A DNA stretch of 64,000 nucleotides from Ignavibacteriota bacterium (GCA_013285405.1 CP053446.1:655985-719984); one strand, 5' to 3'; counted from the stretch's first letter, positions 1 through 9,141 are shown. Made by a program: numbers and translations. The notes: a model not told the origin generated them from the letters alone.

Positions 1-2
1 TT

Positions 3-722
3 CTGAAAGGAATTAATCTAAAAGTAAAAGCTGGCGAAGTTCATGCAATTATGGGTCCGAACGGTTCCGGTAAAAGTACTCTTGCACAGGTTCTTGCCGG
101 AAGAGAAGAATTTCAGGTGACAGAAGGTGAAGTTTTTTATAACGGAAAAAATCTTCTGGAATTGGCTACAGAAGACAGAGCAAGAGAAGGTGTCTTTCTT
201 GCATTTCAATATCCGGTTGAAATTCCTGGTGTTTCAAATACAAATCTTCTAAAAACAGCTTTGAACGAAATAAGAAAATATCATGGTGAGGAAGAACTCG
301 ACACAATGGAATTCCTTTCCCTAATAAAAGAAAAAATGAAATTAGTTGAACTCGATCAGAAATTTTTAAGCAGGTCTGTTAATGAAGGTTTTTCAGGTGG
401 TGAGAAAAAGAGAAATGAAATATTTCAAATGGCAGTACTCCAGCCAAAGCTTGCAATACTTGATGAAACTGATTCAGGTCTTGATATTGATGCATTAAAA
501 ATTGTTGCTAACGGGGTAAACAAACTTCGATCGAAGGAGAACGCAACGATTGTAGTAACTCACTATCAGCGTTTACTCAATTACATCGTTCCGGATTTCG
601 TTCATGTTCTTTACCAGGGAAAAATAGTAAAGTCTGGTGGAAAAGAATTAGCTCTGGAACTTGAAGCGAAGGGATATGATTGGGTAAAAAATGGTAATAA
701 GGAAGCGGTGGTAAATCAATAA
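3..722 (+). CDS. sufC: Fe-S cluster assembly ATPase SufC (N-terminus cut by window edge)
   Basis: Frame is open from nt 3. Walker A GPNGSGKST, ABC signature FSGGEKKR, Walker B LAILDETDSGLD. Followed by sufD-sufS-sufU. Confidence 0.9.
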   Translation: MKGINLKVKAGEVHAIMGPNGSGKSTLAQVLAGREEFQVTEGEVFYNGKNLLELATEDRAREGVFLAFQYPVEIPGVSNTNLLKTALNEIRKYHGEEELDTMEFLSLIKEKMKLVELDQKFLSRSVNEGFSGGEKKRNEIFQMAVLQPKLAILDETDSGLDIDALKIVANGVNKLRSKENATIVVTHYQRLLNYIVPDFVHVLYQGKIVKSGGKELALELEAKGYDWVKNGNKEAVVNQ

Positions 723-2047
723 TGAATAATCCGGTTGATATAAAAGATTGGTATCTCTCAAATTTTGGTGAGTTTGAGAAACGATTAAACGGCGGAAAAG
801 AAAACTCTATCCATCAAAAAAGAAAAACTGCTCTTTCAAACTTCAGCAAGCTTGAATTCCCGACTATCAAAGATGAAGAATGGAAATACACAAGTATTGC
901 CCCATTGTTAAAATATAATTTTGTACCAAAATTCGTCAGGAAAGTCATCCCAAAAGATTTCATCAAATCATTATTATTTGATGAGATGGAACATAGCCTG
1001 ATAGTATTTATTAATGGAAGAGTCTCCACTGAACACACGGATTTGCTAAATCTTCCGGAAGGTGTTGTTGTTGGAAGTGTTGAAGAACAAACAAAAAAGC
1101 AAAATGAAAATTTTCTGAAGCATTTTGGAAAATATGCAGACGACAACAATCATATTTTCACGGCATTAAGTACAGCGTACACAGATGATGGTGCTTTCAT
1201 TTTCGTTCCCGCGGGAAAAATAGTTGAAGAACCAATTCACATAATTTTTATTACTGATTCAGAAGATGAAAAAATATTAACGCAGCCAAGAAATCTTTTT
1301 ATTGCCGAAAAAAACTCCCAGGTTACAATCATCGAGCATTATGTTGGTTATAAGGAACAAATTTATTTTACTAATACTGTTACTGAAATAGTGGCTGAAG
1401 AAAATGCTGTTGTTGATCACATAAAACTTCAGGAAGAAAGTAAAAATGCATTCCACATTGCAAGAATGGAAGTTGACCAGGAACGAAACAGTAATTTCAG
1501 TTCACATCTGATTTCAACCGGTGCTGAACTTTCACGCAATGATTTCAATGCAAAGTTTAATGGTGAAGGTGGTGAATGTACACTGAATGGATTATATATG
1601 ATCGATGGAACACAATTATTCGATGCTCATACTTTGATGGATCATGCGAAACCACATTGTAATAGTCACGAACATTACAAAGGAATTCTTGATGATAAAT
1701 CACGCGGTGTTTTTAACGGTAAAATTATAGTCAGACCCGACGCTCAAAAGACAAATGCATTCCAGGAAAACAACAGTATTCTTTTATCCGATGGCGCATT
1801 GGTAAATACCAAACCACAGCTTGAAATTTTTGCCGATGATGTTAAATGTTCACATGGTGCTACTATCGGGCAAATGGATGATGAAGCAAAATTCTATCTG
1901 AAATCAAGAGGCATTGGTGAAGAAGCAAGTAAAGGTATTTTATTACACGCTTTTGCAAGCGATGTTATTACATCAATTAAAATTGAAACGATAAGAGATT
2001 ATGCAGAAAAAGTGATAACTCAAAAATTTGATGAGCAGGAAAATTGA
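722..2047 (+). CDS. sufD: Fe-S cluster assembly protein SufD
   Basis: 441 aa with a SufB/SufD-type C-terminal region (PQLEIFADDVKCSHGATIGQ). TAATG overlap with the sufC stop. Sits between sufC and sufS. Confidence 0.85.
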   Translation: MNNPVDIKDWYLSNFGEFEKRLNGGKENSIHQKRKTALSNFSKLEFPTIKDEEWKYTSIAPLLKYNFVPKFVRKVIPKDFIKSLLFDEMEHSLIVFINGRVSTEHTDLLNLPEGVVVGSVEEQTKKQNENFLKHFGKYADDNNHIFTALSTAYTDDGAFIFVPAGKIVEEPIHIIFITDSEDEKILTQPRNLFIAEKNSQVTIIEHYVGYKEQIYFTNTVTEIVAEENAVVDHIKLQEESKNAFHIARMEVDQERNSNFSSHLISTGAELSRNDFNAKFNGEGGECTLNGLYMIDGTQLFDAHTLMDHAKPHCNSHEHYKGILDDKSRGVFNGKIIVRPDAQKTNAFQENNSILLSDGALVNTKPQLEIFADDVKCSHGATIGQMDDEAKFYLKSRGIGEEASKGILLHAFASDVITSIKIETIRDYAEKVITQKFDEQEN

Positions 2048-3306
2048 TGACCACACATGCTGAAACAGCAGTTTCTGTTTCTAAAAATAGTTTTAATGTA
2101 AACAGAATTCGTGAAGACTTTCCGATCCTAAGTAAAAAAGTACACGGCAAAAATCTTGTTTATCTTGATAATGCTGCAACTACTCAGAAACCCGTTTATG
2201 TAATCGATAAGATTAATAATTATTACACGACGATGAACGCAAATATTCATCGTGGAGTTCATGCACTCAGCCAGGAAGCAACGGAAGCTTTTGAAAGTGC
2301 AAGAATCCAAATCAAGCAATTCATCAATGCACTGGGAAAAAACCAGGTAATCTTTACAAGAGGAACAACTGAAGCAATAAATCTTGTTGCAAGTTCATAC
2401 GGAAGAAAAAATATTAAAGAAGGCGATGAAATAATTATTTCACACATGGAACATCACTCCAACATTGTCCCTTGGCAGCTTCTCTGTATTGAAAAAAATG
2501 CAAAGCTGAGAGTAATTCCAATTAACGATGACGGCTCATTGATCTATGATGAATTTGAAAAGATGGTTAACGAGAGAACAAAATTTATTTCGATAGTTTA
2601 TGTGTCAAATTCCTTAGGCACAATCAATCCGATTAGGAAAATAATTAAATACGCTCACCAATTTAATATCCCGGTATTAGTTGATGCTGCACAAGCAGTA
2701 AATCATTTAAGAGTTGATGTTCAGGAACTTGATTGTGATTTTTTAGCGTTCTCCGGACATAAAATTTACGGTCCCACAGGTATTGGTGCTCTTTACGGAA
2801 AAGTTGAACTGCTCGATGCAATGCCTCCATATCAAGGCGGCGGTGATATGATTTCAAAAGTTACATTTGAAGAAACTACTTACAACGAGTTGCCTCATAA
2901 GTTTGAAGCAGGAACACCTGATATTGCCGGGGCAATTGGTCTTGGGGCCGCTATTGAATATGTAAATAAAATCGGAATAGAAAATATAAGAGAGCATGAA
3001 CACAGCTTGCTTGAATATGCAACCACAAAAATTGCTGAAGTACCGGGTTTGAAGATCATTGGAACTGCAAAGGAAAAAACAAGTGTTCTTTCTTTTGTAC
3101 TTGAAAATATTCATCCGCACGACATCGGAACTTTTCTGGATTTTGAAGGAATTGCAATCAGGACCGGACATCATTGCACACAACCACTGATGCAGAGATT
3201 TAATATTCCCGCAACATCACGCGCGTCATTCGCAATGTATAACACAAAACAAGAAATCGATGTTTTAATAAATGGGTTGAAAAAAATATTCGAGGTTTTT
3301 GGATGA
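2047..3306 (+). CDS. sufS: Cysteine desulfurase SufS (PLP-dependent, class V aminotransferase)
   Basis: PLP-lysine motif FSGHKIYGPTGIG and C-terminal active-site Cys loop RTGHHCTQP. The ATG at 2047 overlaps the sufD stop; a TTG at 2044 is the alternative start. Confidence 0.9.
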   Translation: MTTHAETAVSVSKNSFNVNRIREDFPILSKKVHGKNLVYLDNAATTQKPVYVIDKINNYYTTMNANIHRGVHALSQEATEAFESARIQIKQFINALGKNQVIFTRGTTEAINLVASSYGRKNIKEGDEIIISHMEHHSNIVPWQLLCIEKNAKLRVIPINDDGSLIYDEFEKMVNERTKFISIVYVSNSLGTINPIRKIIKYAHQFNIPVLVDAAQAVNHLRVDVQELDCDFLAFSGHKIYGPTGIGALYGKVELLDAMPPYQGGGDMISKVTFEETTYNELPHKFEAGTPDIAGAIGLGAAIEYVNKIGIENIREHEHSLLEYATTKIAEVPGLKIIGTAKEKTSVLSFVLENIHPHDIGTFLDFEGIAIRTGHHCTQPLMQRFNIPATSRASFAMYNTKQEIDVLINGLKKIFEVFG

Positions 3307-3758
3307 ACCGGGAATTGAAAGAACTTTATCAGCAGGTAATTCTTGATCATAACAAAAGCCCGAGAAATTTTCGGAAAATGGAAAACGCTACACAAACCGC
3401 AGAAGGTTATAATTCTCTTTGTGGTGATCGGATTGATGTATTTTTATTTGTGGAAGATGGACTAATAAAAGATGTTTCATTCAATGGTGAAGGTTGTGCA
3501 ATTTCAAAAGCTTCTGCTTCACTAATGACTTCAATATTAAAAGGTAAAAGTGTTGAAGATGCCGAAAAACTTTTTGAAAAATTTCACGATCTTGTAACTG
3601 GAAAACTCGGTGATAACCCTGATACAGATGAACTTGGAAAACTTGCTGTATTTGCAGGAGTTCAGGAATTTCCAGTCAGAGTAAAATGTGCTTCACTTGC
3701 ATGGCACACTATGATCAATGCATTACATAATAAAAATGAAAAAGTGACAACCGAATAA
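3303..3758 (+). CDS. sufU: SufU / NifU-IscU-like Fe-S assembly sulfurtransferase
   Basis: Conserved Cys in LCGD, GEGCAIS and VKCASLAWH. ATGA overlap with sufS. Confidence 0.85.
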   Translation: MNRELKELYQQVILDHNKSPRNFRKMENATQTAEGYNSLCGDRIDVFLFVEDGLIKDVSFNGEGCAISKASASLMTSILKGKSVEDAEKLFEKFHDLVTGKLGDNPDTDELGKLAVFAGVQEFPVRVKCASLAWHTMINALHNKNEKVTTE

Positions 3759-3788
3759 GAGTAAGATTAACAGTATGAGTAAGAAATA

Positions 3789-4109
3789 ATGGTAGAATTA
3801 AACAAACAACAACTGGAAGAAAAAATAATCCAAACTTTAAAAACTTGTTACGATCCTGAAATTCCTGTGGATATTTTCGAGCTTGGTTTAATTTATGAAA
3901 TTATTATTGATGATGAATCTAACGTAAACATTAAAATGACTTTAACTTCACCAGCTTGTCCTGTTGCAGGATCACTTCCACCGGAAGTTGAAGCAAAAGT
4001 AAAAGCCATGCCGGAAGTCAAAAGTGCAAAAGTAGAAGTTGTATGGAGTCCGCCGTGGGATAAGGATATGATGTCAGAAGTTGCAAAAGTTGAATTGGGT
4101 TTTATGTGA
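3789..4109 (+). CDS. sufT: DUF59 (SufT/PaaD-like) Fe-S assembly protein
   Basis: 106 aa with DUF59 signature YDPEIPVDIFELGLIY ... LTSPACP. Last gene of the suf cluster. Confidence 0.75.
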   Translation: MVELNKQQLEEKIIQTLKTCYDPEIPVDIFELGLIYEIIIDDESNVNIKMTLTSPACPVAGSLPPEVEAKVKAMPEVKSAKVEVVWSPPWDKDMMSEVAKVELGFM

Positions 4110-4118
4110 GTTGTCATT

Positions 4119-4175
4119 CCGAATTTATTTCGGGATCTTAAATAGTAATCAAAGATGCTGAAATAAATTCAGCAT
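4119..4175. repeat. Pair of REP-like hairpins downstream of the sufT-like gene
   Basis: CCGAA-N5-TTCGG at 4119-4133 and ATGCTGAA-ataaa-TTCAGCAT at 4155-4175. The second hairpin type recurs at 4746 and inside the 121-bp repeat. Confidence 0.6.
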
Positions 4176-4204
4176 GACTTATAATGAAATAATAAGGAGT
4201 AAAA

Positions 4205-4738
4205 ATGTTCAACATAAGTTCAAGACCACCAATCTACGATCAGAGTTCTGTTCAACCGATGCGGGACGAATTAGTAGCCGTAGGCTTTAATGAATTGTTA
4301 ACGCCCAAAGAGGTTGAAGAAGCTATAAAAGTAAATAACAACGAGACTGTTTTCGTGTTTATAAATTCAGTTTGCGGTTGTGCTGCCGGTAGCGCGAGAC
4401 CAGGAATTTCACTTGCGCTACAGAATAATATTATTCCAGATAAACTTTATACTGTTTTTGCCGGTCAGGAAAGAGATGCTGTTGATAAAACCAGAGAGCT
4501 GATAGGAAATCTTCCACCATCCTCTCCGAGTGTTGCATTATTCAAAAATGGTAAGTTAGTACATTTTATGCATCGTTACGAAATTGAAGGTAGTATGCCC
4601 AAACAGATTTCAGATTATTGGAGAAATATTTTTAATGAGCAATGTTCTAAACAAGGTCCATCAATTCCGGCAGAACATTTTGAGAAAGTTATGTATGCAA
4701 AACAATGTGGTTCGAAGATTCCGTTGTTTCAAGGATAA
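4205..4738 (+). CDS. Bacilliredoxin (BrxA/BrxB, DUF1094) family thiol oxidoreductase with a C-terminal extension
   Basis: Signature FINSVCGCAAGSARPG in a thioredoxin-like context. At 177 aa it is longer than typical family members. Confidence 0.7.
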   Translation: MFNISSRPPIYDQSSVQPMRDELVAVGFNELLTPKEVEEAIKVNNNETVFVFINSVCGCAAGSARPGISLALQNNIIPDKLYTVFAGQERDAVDKTRELIGNLPPSSPSVALFKNGKLVHFMHRYEIEGSMPKQISDYWRNIFNEQCSKQGPSIPAEHFEKVMYAKQCGSKIPLFQG

Positions 4739-4745
4739 GTAGTTT

Positions 4746-4766
4746 ATGCTGAATTTATTTCAGCAT
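4746..4766. repeat. REP-like hairpin ATGCTGAA-N5-TTCAGCAT
   Basis: 8-bp perfect stem immediately after the bacilliredoxin stop. It may also act as a terminator. Confidence 0.55.
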
Positions 4767-4785
4767 CTTAATAAATAATATAAGA

Positions 4786-5198
4786 CCCTGAATCAAGTTC
4801 AGGGTAAATTATTATGAAATTTAGTACACAAGAAAAATCATAATGCTGAACCTGTCTGCCGACAGGCAGGCTTGTTTCAGCATCTCATTGACAAACGAAC
4901 TGGAGTCCCTGAATCAAGTTCAGGATAAATTATTATGAAATTCAGCACATAAGAAAAATCATAATGCTGAACCTGTCTGCCGACAGGCAGGCTTGTTTCA
5001 GCATCTCATTGACAAACGAACTGGAGTCCCTGAATCAAGTTCAGGGTAAATTATTATGAAATTCAGCACATAAGAAAAATCATAATGCTGAACCTGTCTG
5101 CCGACAGGCAGGCTTATTTCAGCATCTCATTGACAAACGAACTGGAGTCCCTGAATCAAGTTCAGGGTAAATTATTATGAAATTCAGCACACAAGAAG
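4786..5198 (+). repeat. Tandem repeat, 121-bp unit, 3 full copies plus a partial fourth that is the true 5-prime end of the Rrf2 gene
   Basis: Units start at 4786, 4907, 5028 and 5149. Each carries the hairpin CCCTGAA-tcaag-TTCAGGG, the start ATGAAATT(C/T)AG(C/T)ACA, a long hairpin ATGCTGAA..cctgtctgccgacaggcagg..TTCAGCAT, and TTGACA. Copies differ by only a few substitutions. Confidence 0.9.
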
Positions 5199-5656
5199 AA
5201 TACGGATTAAGACTTTTACTGAGAATTGCCAAAAGTGATTCTCAGCATGGTCTCACTATTCCTGAACTCAGTGAAGTTGAAGGATTATCACCGGCAAATA
5301 CAGCAAAAATTTTAAGAGCTTTAAGACTTGCCGGTTTCATTGAAAGTGCAAGAGGTCAAACAGGCGGTTACAAATTAAGTCAGGCAGCAGATAAAATTAT
5401 TATCAATGATGTGTTAACTGCGCTTGGTGGTAAACTATATGAATCCAATTTCTGCGATCTTCATTCGGGGATGGAAAATATCTGTACAAACTCCATCGAT
5501 TGCAGTATTCGTTCTGTTTGGAAAACTATTCAAAATGTTCTCGACGGCGTACTGAGTAAATTCACATTACAAGACCTTCTCGGAAAAGAACAGGAAGTTC
5601 AGGCGCTTGCTTTAACTTATGCACAGGAGATGGAATCAAAGTTTAACAAGAATTAA
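5177..5656 (+). CDS. Rrf2 family transcriptional regulator (IscR/NsrR-like, likely Fe-S binding)
   Basis: N-terminal winged HTH (LTIPELSEVEGLSPANTAKILRALRLAGFIESARGQTGGYKL). Cys cluster FCDLHSGMENICTNSIDC in the position of Rrf2 cluster ligands. Confidence 0.85.
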   Translation: MKFSTQEEYGLRLLLRIAKSDSQHGLTIPELSEVEGLSPANTAKILRALRLAGFIESARGQTGGYKLSQAADKIIINDVLTALGGKLYESNFCDLHSGMENICTNSIDCSIRSVWKTIQNVLDGVLSKFTLQDLLGKEQEVQALALTYAQEMESKFNKN

Positions 5657-5961
5657 ATAAACCAATTCTTCCCCCAACTACTACTTTAAGTCAACGATTT
5701 TTTTTAAGTAAACTCTTAATATATTCGCCAAAAATCCTCGTAATTCATTTAAGGATCGCCTTTTAGAAATTATCAAAAGATTATTTTATATATTCAGAGT
5801 GATAAAATACTTGTCTAATAAAAAATGGGAGTCCGGGCTTAATTATTCCTCTGTGGATTGGTGGGATATTAACATAAAACTCATATACTTAAGATTAAAT
5901 ATTACTTTTTCTGAGCAGTAAACTTTTTCTTATAATGATAAGCCATAAATAATAAATAACT

Positions 5962-6675
5962 ATGAACATTTCTAGTCTAAACGTAATTGATATTTCAAAA
6001 TCCAAATTCACCTTACGTGACATTCCGTTATTTTCTGAATTAAGTGTTCAACAGTTAAGACAAATAACTTCTGTCAGTAAGCTTAAAAGGTTTTCAAAAC
6101 ACGAAAATCTTTTCAATGAAGGTGATATCTATTGGGGATTTTATATTTTGTTAAAAGGTGTAATAAAAGTTTATAAAGTCTCACTGTCCGGAAAAGAGTC
6201 AGTCGTACACATTGTAAAACCATTTAATGTTTTTGCTGATATTCCATTGTTTGAAGGAGGAAATTATCCGGTAAGTGCTCAGGCAATTGAAGAAAGTTTG
6301 GTTTTATTTGTTCCGAAAGAAAAATTCCTCGAGTTGATTAAAATTGAACCGGAAATTTCCATGAAGATGCTTGCAGGATTTGCAAAGAGATTGAAATCAT
6401 TGGTAAATCAGCTTGATGATATTGCTTCTAAAGAAGTTCCGAACAGACTTGCAAAATATTTGTTAAAAGAAATTAAGAATACAGGAACAGATAGATTACC
6501 AGAACCATTTTTAAAACTTACGTTACCCAAATCGACAATTGCAGGCTATCTCGGTACAATAACTGAAACATTATCCCGCGCATTTAAAAAACTGCAGAAT
6601 GAAGAAATAATTCGTGTGAACGGTAAAAATATTTTTGTAACAGATATTAAAAGATTAAAAGAACTTTCAAAGTAA
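5962..6675 (+). CDS. Crp/Fnr family transcriptional regulator (Cys-free, Dnr/NnrR/HcpR-like class)
   Basis: cNMP-binding-like beta-roll plus a C-terminal HTH whose recognition helix TETLSRAF has the FNR-type E-x-x-S-R pattern. The protein contains no cysteine at all. Confidence 0.85.
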   Translation: MNISSLNVIDISKSKFTLRDIPLFSELSVQQLRQITSVSKLKRFSKHENLFNEGDIYWGFYILLKGVIKVYKVSLSGKESVVHIVKPFNVFADIPLFEGGNYPVSAQAIEESLVLFVPKEKFLELIKIEPEISMKMLAGFAKRLKSLVNQLDDIASKEVPNRLAKYLLKEIKNTGTDRLPEPFLKLTLPKSTIAGYLGTITETLSRAFKKLQNEEIIRVNGKNIFVTDIKRLKELSK

Positions 6676-6737
6676 ATAATATTCTATCTTCATTATCCGC
6701 ATTACGCATTCACACTACCAGATAAAAAGTTGCAAAT

Positions 6738-6751
6738 CTGACTTAAGTCAA
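6738..6751. promoter_or_regulatory. Candidate FNR/Dnr-type box CTGAC-TTAA-GTCAA
   Basis: Perfect 12-bp palindrome TGACTTAAGTCA at 6739-6750, about 64 bp upstream of the ATG at 6815. Matches the TTGAY-N4-RTCAA architecture. Confidence 0.4.
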
Positions 6752-6814
6752 GAATATCCTCAGCTTCATTAGATAATTTTGGATTGAAATTCCAATTAAA
6801 ACAAAGGAGTAATC

Positions 6815-7042
6815 ATGGATTTAAAACAACTTGATATCAGACCGGTGCCTGTACGTGAAAAGCATCCAACAATTTTCAAAACATTTGATGAATTGAAGAA
6901 TGGCGAAACATTTCAATTAATCAATGATCACGACCCAATGCCGTTATATTACCAGTTCAACGCAGAACGTCCAAATCAGTTTGGCTGGGAGTACGTTGAA
7001 CGTGGTCCGCAGGTTTGGAAAGTTAATATTTCAAAAACCTAA
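6815..7042 (+). CDS. DUF2249 domain protein
   Basis: 75 aa with LDIRPVPVREKHPTIFKTFDELKNGETFQLINDHDPMPLYYQF, which is typical of DUF2249. Confidence 0.75.
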   Translation: MDLKQLDIRPVPVREKHPTIFKTFDELKNGETFQLINDHDPMPLYYQFNAERPNQFGWEYVERGPQVWKVNISKT

Positions 7043-7059
7043 AATCATATCCAGATACG

Positions 7060-7869
7060 ATGATTACGAAAGATATAAAGATATCCAGATTGCTTGCTGA
7101 ACATCCACAAACTCTTGAAGTGCTTGATAAATTTAGTTCGCACTTCGATAAATCAAACAATAAAATACAGTGGAAAGTTATTGCAAGTCGTGTAAATGTT
7201 GAACAAGCTGCAGGTATTGCTGGCGTTGATGTTGCCCGGCTATTGTCTGAGCTGAATGACTCGATAAACGCTAATTATAATGCTCCAGAAATATCCATAA
7301 ATAAGAAAGAAGCAATGAAGACAATAGTAAAACCTGAAAAGCTGAAAGATATACGCGCAGAAAAAATCCTGCAGCTTGATGTTAGACCAGCAATTAACTC
7401 CGGGAAAGATCCGTTTCTGGAAATAATGACAACTATAAAATCATTGAAAGAGGATGAAGTGCTGCACCTGATAAATTCATTTGAACCGATTCCTCTTTAT
7501 TCGGTTCTTGAAAATAAAGGCTACAAGCACTGGACTGAAAATGATGGCAATACATTCAACGTCTTTTTTTATAAAGAGGGTGAGGCGCAAATAGATTCAG
7601 CTAAAGCAGCAACTGACAACAAAAACATTGACAAAGATTTTGAAAACGTGATTGAACTTGATGTTCGCGAATTAGCTCCACCGGAACCGATGATGAAAAT
7701 TCTTGAAAACATTTCACGAGTTGATGACAAAACCATTATGCTGGTCCATCATCACCGCGACCCGATGATGCTTTATCCCAAATTAGAAGAAAGAGGATAT
7801 TCTGCTGTTGCAAATAAGATCAATGAAAACTATTACAAAGTAGTTATCACAAAACAAAAGAGAGAATAA
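7060..7869 (+). CDS. DUF1858 plus two DUF2249-like domains protein
   Basis: N-terminal ISRLLAEHPQTLEVLDKF (DUF1858-like). Two LDVR..P.....L modules follow (LDVRPAINSGKDPF.., LDVRELAPPEPMMKIL..). Confidence 0.65.
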   Translation: MITKDIKISRLLAEHPQTLEVLDKFSSHFDKSNNKIQWKVIASRVNVEQAAGIAGVDVARLLSELNDSINANYNAPEISINKKEAMKTIVKPEKLKDIRAEKILQLDVRPAINSGKDPFLEIMTTIKSLKEDEVLHLINSFEPIPLYSVLENKGYKHWTENDGNTFNVFFYKEGEAQIDSAKAATDNKNIDKDFENVIELDVRELAPPEPMMKILENISRVDDKTIMLVHHHRDPMMLYPKLEERGYSAVANKINENYYKVVITKQKRE

Positions 7870-7870
7870 A

Positions 7871-9136
7871 TTGAACCAGCCAGTTTCAATAGCGTCTGCT
7901 TACTCTCCTCCATTCAGAATTGTTTCTAAATATTTTATTGCTGCAATATTTTCCTTTGTTTTACTTAATTTGTTTTTACTTCTAAATCACTCTGATATTA
8001 CCGGTCATCATTTCAATCCCAAAATTCTGACAATTACTCACATTGCAACACTCGGATGGATTACAATGATAATCTTTGGAGCTTTATTCCAGTTAATCCC
8101 CGTTGTCCTTGAAATAAAACTATTCAGTGAGAAACTCGCAGAAATTCAATTCTGGATTTACACAATTGGTGTAATCGGACTTCTTTATTGTTTTTGGTAT
8201 TTCACTACCGGTTTGTATATGAACATCTCAGCTATTCTGTTAAACACTGCGATGTTCATCTTTGCATTCAATATAATAATGACTTTCACACGTGTTAAAA
8301 AATGGAACATCACAGGTTTATATCTCGGTGCGGCAATTTTCTATCTGATTATTACAGCTATTGCCGGACTTTTACTTGCGATCAATCTCGGAACCCCTTA
8401 TATAAAAATTGATCATCTTCAGTATCTGAATCTTCACGCACATACTGCTTTTATCGGATGGGTGTCCATGGTTGTAATGGGCGTTACTTTCAAATTAATT
8501 CCGATGTTCACTCTATCGCATGGTTATAATTTAAAATTCGGACACTGGGCATTCTGGTTAATCAACATCGGTTTGCTCGGAATCAATTACATATTTCATA
8601 ACGAACGAATTCATTTTCTTTACTATGTACTTACTCCGATGATATCGGTCGGTATAATTCTATTCCTGATTCAGGTTTATATCATTTTTAAAAACAGAGT
8701 AAGAAGAAAGCTTGATACCGGTTTACGGTTTTCCTCATACGCTTATTTGATGTTAGCATTAACAACTCTGCTTGGAACTTTTATTGCTTTTATTGATTAT
8801 CAAAATATCATAAATCTTACTTTAATTTACGGCTACATGATAATTTTCGGCTATCTATCGATGCTTATCGTCGGACAAATGTATAAAATTGTTCCTTTCC
8901 TTGTTTGGTATCACAAATACAGCAGTAAAGTTGGCATTGAAAAAGTTCCGATGTTGAAAGAAATGTTCAATGAGAAAGTTGCACAGTATGGTTTCTACTT
9001 TATGATTACAGCATTATTCGGCTCACTGTTTTCTTTTGCATTCAGCAACCAATACGGATTAATAATTTCATTTGCAGTTATGCTTTTAAGCTCACTAATC
9101 TTTTCATTCAATATGATTACAATATTCAGGACATAA
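7871..9136 (+). CDS. Polytopic membrane protein distantly related to heme-copper oxidase subunit I (function unknown)
   Basis: 421 aa with about 12 predicted TM segments and a TTG start. HAHTAFIGWVSMVVMGVTFKLIP resembles helix X (HxH...GW...G...P) of the CcoN in this window. Two further copies of the G-x6-G-x5-P pattern are present. Confidence 0.5.
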   Translation: MNQPVSIASAYSPPFRIVSKYFIAAIFSFVLLNLFLLLNHSDITGHHFNPKILTITHIATLGWITMIIFGALFQLIPVVLEIKLFSEKLAEIQFWIYTIGVIGLLYCFWYFTTGLYMNISAILLNTAMFIFAFNIIMTFTRVKKWNITGLYLGAAIFYLIITAIAGLLLAINLGTPYIKIDHLQYLNLHAHTAFIGWVSMVVMGVTFKLIPMFTLSHGYNLKFGHWAFWLINIGLLGINYIFHNERIHFLYYVLTPMISVGIILFLIQVYIIFKNRVRRKLDTGLRFSSYAYLMLALTTLLGTFIAFIDYQNIINLTLIYGYMIIFGYLSMLIVGQMYKIVPFLVWYHKYSSKVGIEKVPMLKEMFNEKVAQYGFYFMITALFGSLFSFAFSNQYGLIISFAVMLLSSLIFSFNMITIFRT

Positions 9137-9141
9137 AAACA

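Noticed and set aside
5681-5694. Second FNR-like box (CTACTTTAAGTCAA) upstream of the crp/fnr gene
   Set aside because: Only the right half-site (GTCAA) matches and the left half is not TTGAC-like. It also lies about 270 bp from the start codon.
7871-9136. Calling the 421-aa membrane protein NnrS
   Set aside because: I could not find the NnrS-type WHxHEMxFGF motif, so only HCO helix-X-like similarity is claimed.
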